Shown piece by piece: positions 57,278-64,000 of a DNA stretch of 64,000 nucleotides. The notes under the pieces were generated by a model. That model saw only the letters and a program-made list of their open reading frames with translations, was not told where the DNA came from and ran no database searches. Every line of letters begins with the position of its first letter. Position 1 is the first letter of the stretch. The stretch spans positions 47,860 through 111,859 of the forward strand of contig JAZDOD010000004.1 in the NCBI GenBank assembly GCA_043798995.1, written 5' to 3'. The DNA is from a bacterium. GTDB taxonomy: Bacteria > Patescibacteriota > Patescibacteriia > JAACEG01 > JAGUWE01. The translations under genes and the position numbers were made by a program.

Positions 57278-58029
57278 AAAGCGAAAATTTTCAGCGAATT
57301 GTTTTTAAGAAATTTCAAAAAATATTTGATGCATAAATAGCCAAAAACGGCCGAAGATAAAAAACCGCCCAAAAGTAAAGTCGCATTAAAACCAGAATCT
57401 AATTTAATTAAATCGTAAAATGATTTTAAGCCCGCAAAAAAAGTAATCGGTATGGCTAATAAAAATGAAAAGCGCGCCGCCTCGTCGCGCTTTAAATTTA
57501 GCCCCAGTCCTGCTATAATGGTAATAGCCGAGCGGGAAACTCCGGGAATAAAAGCTAAAATTTGGGCCAAACCAATAAGAAGAGAATCTGCCCAGCTAAG
57601 TGAAGAAATTTCCCTGTTTTTTTTAAAATAATTATCAAAAATAAAAATGGCTAAACCGCCGGCTATAAAAGCTAAACTAACAAATTCAATTGAACGAAAA
57701 AAAATTTCTATTTTATCGGCCAAAAAAAAACCAACGGTAGCGGCCGGTAAAAAAGCAATTAAAATTAAAAAAACATTTTTCCTTTCCGGTTTATAATCAA
57801 GTGACTTTTTAGAAAAAGCTAAAATGAATTTTTGTAAATCTTTTCTGAAATAAAAAATCAAAGCCACTAAAGTTCCTAAATGCAAAAAAGCATCAAAGGC
57901 CAAGCTATCGAGCAAAGGCGCCTTAAATAAATGATGAAAAATAATTAAATGTCCGGAGCTGGAAATCGGCAAGAATTCCGTCAGCCCCTGAACGGCTCCA
58001 AAAACAATTGATAAAATTATTTCTCCCAT
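57232..58029 (-). CDS. uppP: undecaprenyl-diphosphate phosphatase
   Basis: VQGLTEFLPISSSGHLII signature, 8 TM helices. Confidence 0.9.
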   Translation of the reverse strand: MGEIILSIVFGAVQGLTEFLPISSSGHLIIFHHLFKAPLLDSLAFDAFLHLGTLVALIFYFRKDLQKFILAFSKKSLDYKPERKNVFLILIAFLPAATVGFFLADKIEIFFRSIEFVSLAFIAGGLAIFIFDNYFKKNREISSLSWADSLLIGLAQILAFIPGVSRSAITIIAGLGLNLKRDEAARFSFLLAIPITFFAGLKSFYDLIKLDSGFNATLLLGGFLSSAVFGYLCIKYFLKFLKNNSLKIFAFYRLAIGILLFLLLR

Positions 58030-58464
58030 ATGATAACTAATTATTCACTTTTCTTAATCCCCATCATCATCGGGATCAGCTGCCAGGCAATTAAATTAGC
58101 AACTAACAGCATTAAAGGCGATTTTACTTTTAAGCATCTTTTTGATTATGGCGGTATGCCTTCTTCTCACGCGGCTATGGTTACTTCTTTGAGTTTAATT
58201 ATTATGCTGCGGGAAGGAATAAATTCATCGGTTTTTTCTTTATCATTCATTATGGCAATTTTAATCATCAGAGATGCAGTTGGCATTCGCCGACGTATTG
58301 GCAACCAAGCTCATATTACTAACCAATTAGTTGCCCGCTTGCCACAAGATGAACAAAAAAAATATTCTCACCTTTTAGAAACTGTCGGCCACACGGTGCC
58401 AGAAATTACAGTTGGTATAATTTATGGCCTAGTAATAACTTTGGTTTTGAATCTTTTTATCTAA
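58030..58464 (+). CDS. divergent PAP2-family membrane protein (YuiD-like)
   Basis: GGMPSSHAAM motif characteristic of the divergent PAP2 family. Confidence 0.75.
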   Translation: MITNYSLFLIPIIIGISCQAIKLATNSIKGDFTFKHLFDYGGMPSSHAAMVTSLSLIIMLREGINSSVFSLSFIMAILIIRDAVGIRRRIGNQAHITNQLVARLPQDEQKKYSHLLETVGHTVPEITVGIIYGLVITLVLNLFI

Positions 58465-58469
58465 AAATT

Positions 58470-59333
58470 TTATCGCTGACACTTTTCGCAAAAGTGGGAA
58501 CTGCGGCCGCCGATTTTGACTTTTTTAATCACGCCTCTGCAGCCATAACACTTCTCCCCTTCCCGGCCATAAACCTTAAGATATCTGATAAAATTACCAA
58601 CCTCGCCTTCAACATCAACATAATCCGCAAATGAAGTGCCGCGATGTTTAATTGAATATTTTAAAATTCTGGGAATAACTTGCCAGAGTTTTTTTATTTC
58701 ATTTTCTGACAAGGTTTTAACAATTCTGGTTGGCTTAATCCGGGCCGCAAACAATGCCTCATCCGAATAAATATTGCCAAGACCTGCTAAATATTTTTGT
58801 TCCATCAAGCAAGTTTTAATGGTTGTATTTTTTTTATGGGCTAAAATTTCCTGAAATTTTTCTAAAGTAAATCCTTTGCTTAAAGGCTCAACGCCAAGAT
58901 CAGCTTTTATTTTTTCTAAATTAATCTTGTCAACCAGCTTAATCCAACCAAAGCGACGCACATCATTAAAATAAAGTTTGCTTTGATCATCAAAAATAAA
59001 AATCGCTCTGGTGAATTTATTAGGCAAAGCCTTGCCAATATGAGCGATTGAATGACCGCCGGCAATAATAGCGCCGTGATAGGGGTGATAAACCAACTGA
59101 CCTGTTAATTTAAGATGAATTAATAAAAACTTTTCCTCTGCTAATTCTATTACCACGATTTTTGCCCGCCGACTGATTGATTTAACAATTTTTCCCAAAA
59201 CTTGTTTTAAAAAATCATCTTTTTTTGTGGCTATTACTTTATTGTCTCTTATTTCTATTTGCTTGATTTTTTTACCGGCAATTTTTGTTTTAAGACCGCT
59301 AACAATTGTTTCCACCTCTGGTAATTCCGGCAT
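58470..59333 (-). CDS. mutM: formamidopyrimidine-DNA glycosylase (Fpg/MutM)
   Basis: MPELPEVE catalytic N-terminus, H2TH domain, C-terminal CxxC...CxxC zinc finger. Confidence 0.9.
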   Translation of the reverse strand: MPELPEVETIVSGLKTKIAGKKIKQIEIRDNKVIATKKDDFLKQVLGKIVKSISRRAKIVVIELAEEKFLLIHLKLTGQLVYHPYHGAIIAGGHSIAHIGKALPNKFTRAIFIFDDQSKLYFNDVRRFGWIKLVDKINLEKIKADLGVEPLSKGFTLEKFQEILAHKKNTTIKTCLMEQKYLAGLGNIYSDEALFAARIKPTRIVKTLSENEIKKLWQVIPRILKYSIKHRGTSFADYVDVEGEVGNFIRYLKVYGREGEKCYGCRGVIKKVKIGGRSSHFCEKCQR

Positions 59334-59340
59334 AAAATTA

Positions 59341-59390
59341 GTTGTTAGTGGTAAGTTGTTAGTTATTAGTGGTAAGTTGTTAGTTATTTC
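59341..59390. repeat. 21-nt tandem direct repeat (about 2.3 copies)
   Basis: TAGTGGTAAGTTGTTAGTTAT repeated in tandem, immediately upstream of fpg. Confidence 0.6.
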
Positions 59391-60984
59391 AAATTAAACT
59401 CATTCCTGTCATTTCTTTTGATTTGGGAATACCTAAAAGCTTTAAGATAGTTGGCGCAATGTCTGAAAGAAGCCCGGCGGGTTTTAACAAGCTTAGATCT
59501 TTGCCAACCGCCTCAACGCCAGCGATTGTTTTTCCTTCCCACTCTTTACCAATCAAAAGAAAAGGCACCGGCACGGTGGAATGTTCCTTGTCAATTTCAC
59601 CGGTACGCATATTAATAACTTCTTCGGCATTGCCATGATCAGCAGTAATAACTACAACGCCATTTTTTGATAAAACTAAATTAACAATCTTGCCCAAACA
59701 TTCATCAACCACTTCAACCGCTTTTACCGTGGCTTCAAGATTGCCGGTATGGCCCACCATATCCGGATTGGCAAAATTAACAACAATAAAATCATATTTA
59801 TCTTTGGTCAGCTCTTCTATTATTCGGTTGGTCATTTCATATGCAGACATAGCTGGTGTTTTATCATAAGAACTAACGCGCGGCGAAGGAATAATGGCAT
59901 TATCCTCTCCGGCAAACGGCTCTTCTACTCCCCCGTTAAAAAAATAAGTGATGTGGGCGTACTTTTCTGTCTCGGCAATATGAAGTTGTTTATAACCTCG
60001 GTCGCTTAAAGTTTTAGCCAACGGCTCCTTAACAACTTCTGGCTTAAAAGCAACTTCAACCGGCAGATTATCCTCGTATTCAGTCATAGTCACAAAAAAT
60101 AAATTCTTTAAATAAAAAGGGCGGCTAAATTTTTCAAAACTTGGCAAAACAAAAGCCTTAGTCAATTCTCGCCCCCGGTCAGCTCGGAAATTAAAAAAGA
60201 TAATGGCGTCATTTTCTTTGACAATACCAACCGGCTGATTATTTTTAGTGATAACTGCTGGAATAAATTGTTCATCAAAAATATTTTTCTGATAAGAAAT
60301 ATCAATCGCCTGAGCCGGATCTTCAAAATACTGATCACTTTTACCGCAAGCCATAGCGAGATAAGCCTCCTCAACTCTTTCCCAATGATTATCTCTATCC
60401 ATGGCCCAAAAACGGCCTGAAAGGCTGGCTATCTGACCTAAATCAAGATAATTTAATTTTTCCTGCAGTTTTTCAATTGAATTTTTTGCCTCATTATAGG
60501 CGGTGTCACGGCCATCTAAAATTGCATGAATATAAACTTTGTCAATTTTTTGCGCCTTGATTAAATCCAATAAAGCGTAAAGATGATCAACACTGCTATG
60601 AACTCCGCCGTTAGAAACTAAACCGATAAAATGAAGAGTTGAATTATTGTTCTTAACATGAGCGCAAGCTTTTAAAAAAACTTCATTCTTAAAAAAACTT
60701 TCATCCCAGATGGCGTGGCTAATTCGCGGCAAATCCTGATAGACAATTTTGCCGCCGCCAATATTCATATGCCCGACTTCAGAGCTGCCCATTTTACGCC
60801 AGGGTAGTCCGACCGCTTCACCGGAAGCCTGCAAAGTTAAAACAGGATAATTTTCTATAAAATGATCAAAATTTGGCTTTTTGGCCAAACTGATGGCGTT
60901 ACCTTCGGATGCCGGAGCAACTCCCCAGCCATCCATGATAACCAAAATTAAAGGCGTATTTTTCTTTTTTATTTTTTCAGCCAT
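59389..60984 (-). CDS. gpmI: 2,3-bisphosphoglycerate-independent phosphoglycerate mutase
   Basis: LVIMDGWG, catalytic Ser in SSEVGHMNIGGG, C-terminal ADHGN metal site. Confidence 0.9.
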   Translation of the reverse strand: MAEKIKKKNTPLILVIMDGWGVAPASEGNAISLAKKPNFDHFIENYPVLTLQASGEAVGLPWRKMGSSEVGHMNIGGGKIVYQDLPRISHAIWDESFFKNEVFLKACAHVKNNNSTLHFIGLVSNGGVHSSVDHLYALLDLIKAQKIDKVYIHAILDGRDTAYNEAKNSIEKLQEKLNYLDLGQIASLSGRFWAMDRDNHWERVEEAYLAMACGKSDQYFEDPAQAIDISYQKNIFDEQFIPAVITKNNQPVGIVKENDAIIFFNFRADRGRELTKAFVLPSFEKFSRPFYLKNLFFVTMTEYEDNLPVEVAFKPEVVKEPLAKTLSDRGYKQLHIAETEKYAHITYFFNGGVEEPFAGEDNAIIPSPRVSSYDKTPAMSAYEMTNRIIEELTKDKYDFIVVNFANPDMVGHTGNLEATVKAVEVVDECLGKIVNLVLSKNGVVVITADHGNAEEVINMRTGEIDKEHSTVPVPFLLIGKEWEGKTIAGVEAVGKDLSLLKPAGLLSDIAPTILKLLGIPKSKEMTGMSLI

Positions 60985-60988
60985 AAAA

Positions 60989-62548
60989 TTAGATGATTAA
61001 ACTTGCGCCTGTCATTTCTTGGGTTATTTTATGATCCATCAAATTAAGAATGGTTGGCGAAATGTCTGCTAAAATTCCTTTGTCTTTTAATTTTATTTTA
61101 TTTTTAGAAAAAGGTTTATTGATTAAAATAAAAGGTGCTAAATTAGAAGTGTGTTGAGTATCGGCTTCGCCTGTTTTTAAATTAATCATTTCCTCGGCAT
61201 TGCCGTGATCGGCGGTAACAATTAATGTTCCATTTCTTTTTAACAGAACCCTCGCTATTTGTCCAACACAGTTATCGACAACTTCGCAGGCACGAATAAC
61301 GGCTTTGAGATTGCCGGTATGGCCCACCATATCCGGATTGGCAAAGTTAATGGCAATGAAATCAAAAGAATCTTTTCTAAGATAATTGATAACTTTTTTG
61401 GTAATCTCCTTGGCGCTCATTTCGGGCTGCTGGTCGTAATGATCAATTTTAGGCGACGGCATTAAAATTCTCTCTTCTTTGGCTACCGGATGATCATAGC
61501 CGCCGTTAAAAAAATAGGTCATGTGAGCGTATTTTTCAGTTTCGGCAATGTATAACTGCCTTAAATCTTTCAGTTTTATTGGCAAAGTAGCTTCCAAGTC
61601 GTGGCCGGGAAAAGCCGTCAGAATGCCGGGTAAATCAGGGCCAAAATCAGTCATAGCCACAAAACATAAATTTTTTAAAATTTTTTTTCGCTTAAAACCG
61701 ATGAATTTTTTCTGGACAAAAGCTTTAGTCAGTTGCCTGGCCCGATCAGATCTTAAATTATAAAAAATAACGGCATCGTTATGAGAGATGCTGGCAATCG
61801 GTTTAATCTTATTTTTTTTCTTTTCAATAATAACACTTGGCGAAATAAATTCATCAGTTTGACCGTGTTTATAGCCGGCCAAAATCGCATCTTCGGCTGA
61901 TTTAAATTTCAAACCTTCGCCTAAAACTAAGGCGTTATAAGCTTTTTGGGTATTGGCCCAGGCCTTTTTTCTGTCCATGGCGTAAAAACGGCCCATTATC
62001 GTTGCGATTCTTTCATGGTTTCGCAGATAATATTTTAGCCGTTTTAAATAGCTATTGGCCGCCTGTTGTGGCGAATCGCGGCCGTCAGTAAAAAGATGGA
62101 GATATACTTCTACTTTATGAAATTTCATTAAAGTCAAAAGAGCAATTAAATGGTCAAAGTCAACGTGGGCTGATTGTTCGCCGCTTAGCAGTCCCATTAA
62201 ATGCAATTTTGATTTAAACCGTCTGACCTGATCAATGGCTGATTTAAAAGCCGAATTTTTAAAAAAAGTGCCGTCGTTGATACTTTGGGCAATATAAACC
62301 GCGTCTTGAGGCACAACCCTGCCGGCGCCGATATTCATATGCCCGGCTTCAGAATTGCCAACCTGTTTTTTAGACAAACCCACGCATTCTCCTGAAGCGC
62401 AAAGCTTGGTCCAAGGATATTTTTTATAAAAATTATCCATGTTGGGCGTTTTGGCCAAAGTTATGGCATTACCTTTACTTGACGGCGCCAATCCCCAACC
62501 GTCAAGGATGGCGAGGACAAAAGGCGAGGCTTTCCCATTAAAAGACAT
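60989..62548 (-). CDS. gpmI: second, divergent 2,3-bisphosphoglycerate-independent phosphoglycerate mutase paralog
   Basis: LAILDGWG, NSEAGHMNIGAG, TADHGN; collinear with the first copy but strongly diverged. Confidence 0.85.
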   Translation of the reverse strand: MSFNGKASPFVLAILDGWGLAPSSKGNAITLAKTPNMDNFYKKYPWTKLCASGECVGLSKKQVGNSEAGHMNIGAGRVVPQDAVYIAQSINDGTFFKNSAFKSAIDQVRRFKSKLHLMGLLSGEQSAHVDFDHLIALLTLMKFHKVEVYLHLFTDGRDSPQQAANSYLKRLKYYLRNHERIATIMGRFYAMDRKKAWANTQKAYNALVLGEGLKFKSAEDAILAGYKHGQTDEFISPSVIIEKKKNKIKPIASISHNDAVIFYNLRSDRARQLTKAFVQKKFIGFKRKKILKNLCFVAMTDFGPDLPGILTAFPGHDLEATLPIKLKDLRQLYIAETEKYAHMTYFFNGGYDHPVAKEERILMPSPKIDHYDQQPEMSAKEITKKVINYLRKDSFDFIAINFANPDMVGHTGNLKAVIRACEVVDNCVGQIARVLLKRNGTLIVTADHGNAEEMINLKTGEADTQHTSNLAPFILINKPFSKNKIKLKDKGILADISPTILNLMDHKITQEMTGASLII

Positions 62549-62562
62549 AATAAAAAAAATTA

Positions 62563-63861
62563 TTAACCTAATTTCAACTCCTCTTCAATCTCCATTAAGC
62601 GGTTATATTTTGCCACTCTTTCACCGCGCGAAGGAGCGCCAGCTTTGATGTGGTCAGCGCCGCAAGCCACGGCCAAATCAGCAATAAAATCATCCGTGGT
62701 TTCGCCGCTGCGGTGTGAAACAATGACTTGGTAATTATTTTTCTTGGCTAAATTAACGCAGGCGACTGTTTCGGTTAAAGTGCCGATCTGATTAGGTTTA
62801 ATAATAATGCCGTTAGCCACGCGCTTCTCAATCCCCTTTTTAAGCCGAGCGGTATTAGTCACAAACAAATCATCGCCGACCACCATCATTTCTTCACCTA
62901 AAAGTTCGGTTAATTCCTGCCAACCCTCCCAATCATCTTGGCCCAAACCATCTTCTAAATAAATAATCGGGTAAGTTCTGAACCATTCATAATAAAGACC
63001 GACTAAAGTAATGTTGGAAAAAGCGGCTTGATCTAATCGAAAAATATAACGTTTTTTATCCTCGTTATATAAAATAGACGAACCAACATCAATGCCTAAA
63101 GACATATCAACTCCGGGAGTCAGCCCGGCGCGAATAATGGCGGCTAAAATCATTTCCAGCGCCTGAACCGAAGAAAAAATATCCGGCGCATAACCGCCCT
63201 CATTGCCAACATCGGTATCAAAGCCACGCTCTTTTAAAACCTTGCCCAAAGCATGAAAAACCTCCGAGCCATGACGAACTTTTTCCTTAAACGTCGATGG
63301 CTTAGCTTTACCGGTATTTTGTTTTTCTGCTTCCGGAATAACCATAAATTCTTGAAAATCTAAATTAGTATCAGCATGTTTGCCCCCGTTAAAAATATTG
63401 AACATCGGGATTGGCAAAATATATTTTGTTTCTTTAATGGCAAAACATTTTCTTAGATAACGGTAAAGAGGAAGCTTAGCGCTCATAGCCGCAGTTCTTG
63501 CGCAAGCCAAGGAAACGCCCAGAATCGCATTAGCGCCCAATTTTCTTTTGTTTAATGTCCCATCAACCTTTTTCATAATTTCATCGATTCGCAACTGGTC
63601 CCGCACATCCTTGCCGCGCAAAGTCCGCGCAAGTATTGTATTAACGTTGCCGGCGGCTTTTAAAACTCCTTTGCCGGAGTAACGGCGTGGATCTTTGTCG
63701 CGCAGTTCCCAGGCTTCAAATTTGCCGGTTGAAGCGCCAGAAGGCACCGAGGCCTTGGCAACATTGCCGTCGGTCAATTCCAAGCGGACTTCCAAAGTTG
63801 GCTCGGCGCGCGAGTCCAAAATTTCGCGAGCCGAAAGTTTTTTGATTTTAAATGAGGGCAT
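62563..63861 (-). CDS. eno: enolase
   Basis: ILDSRAEPTLEV N-terminus, SHRSGETTD and IKPNQIGTLTET active-site motifs. Confidence 0.95.
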   Translation of the reverse strand: MPSFKIKKLSAREILDSRAEPTLEVRLELTDGNVAKASVPSGASTGKFEAWELRDKDPRRYSGKGVLKAAGNVNTILARTLRGKDVRDQLRIDEIMKKVDGTLNKRKLGANAILGVSLACARTAAMSAKLPLYRYLRKCFAIKETKYILPIPMFNIFNGGKHADTNLDFQEFMVIPEAEKQNTGKAKPSTFKEKVRHGSEVFHALGKVLKERGFDTDVGNEGGYAPDIFSSVQALEMILAAIIRAGLTPGVDMSLGIDVGSSILYNEDKKRYIFRLDQAAFSNITLVGLYYEWFRTYPIIYLEDGLGQDDWEGWQELTELLGEEMMVVGDDLFVTNTARLKKGIEKRVANGIIIKPNQIGTLTETVACVNLAKKNNYQVIVSHRSGETTDDFIADLAVACGADHIKAGAPSRGERVAKYNRLMEIEEELKLG

Positions 63862-64000
63862 AGGTTTATTTTTTAATTTTAATTCCTAAAAAATTTATTA
63901 ATAAACTTTTTAATGTATCTGATAATAAAAATTAGAAGACAAAAACCAAAATAGAAAATAATAAAATCTATAAAAACGAAATATTTAGGAGGATCTAAGT

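Noticed and set aside
1-64000. tRNA, rRNA, tmRNA, RNase P and SRP RNA genes
   Set aside because: Scanned by eye for T-loop GTTCRANYC/CCA ends, RNase P P4 (AAAGTCCGG) and tmRNA ends without finding any. The two GC-rich candidates are reported as unassigned ncRNA candidates rather than named RNAs. A covariance-model scan is needed.
1-64000. Prophage, integrase, transposase, toxin-antitoxin, restriction-modification or other defence-system genes
   Set aside because: No ORF showed recombinase, RT, nuclease or methyltransferase signatures. The mobile content appears limited to non-autonomous small repeats.

Overview
AT-rich bacterial chromosome segment (visibly low GC; gene-dense, mostly minus-strand operons). 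Gene content suggests a reduced-genome, possibly Candidate Phyla Radiation/Patescibacteria-like organism, but that is inference only. Recognisable genes: peptidoglycan and envelope (murB, murC, murG, murJ, mreB, mltG, uppP, a GT4 MraY/WecA-like transferase, four GT2 glycosyltransferases); replication and repair (dnaB, recR, a PriA-like protein with a degenerate ATPase, fpg); translation (rplU, rpmA, lepA, fmt); clpB behind a textbook CIRCE operator; lower glycolysis (eno plus two tandem gpmI paralogs); gdh; an AmrS-type radical SAM enzyme; a MacB-type tripartite ABC efflux operon. There is also a four-subunit group-3b-like [NiFe] hydrogenase operon in the order hydB-hydG-hypC-unknownORF-hydD-hydA-hypA-like. 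Its large subunit ends exactly at the terminal His of DPCxxCxxH, and its HypA homolog has no zinc finger. The non-coding fraction is unusually rich. There are at least three families of small palindromic/MITE-like repeats: a GTCATTCCG...CGGAATGAC double hairpin; a GGCGGATCCGCC core with GTCAAAA heptamers; and a 130-bp element with terminal inverted repeats, present twice. Copies of these are inserted in frame in hydG and twice in murB. Other non-coding features are GC-rich structured islands, a candidate promoter-to-terminator small RNA, and a TrpR/YerC-like repressor with a pair of perfect palindromic operators. No rRNA, tRNA, CRISPR array, transposase or phage genes were recognised by eye.
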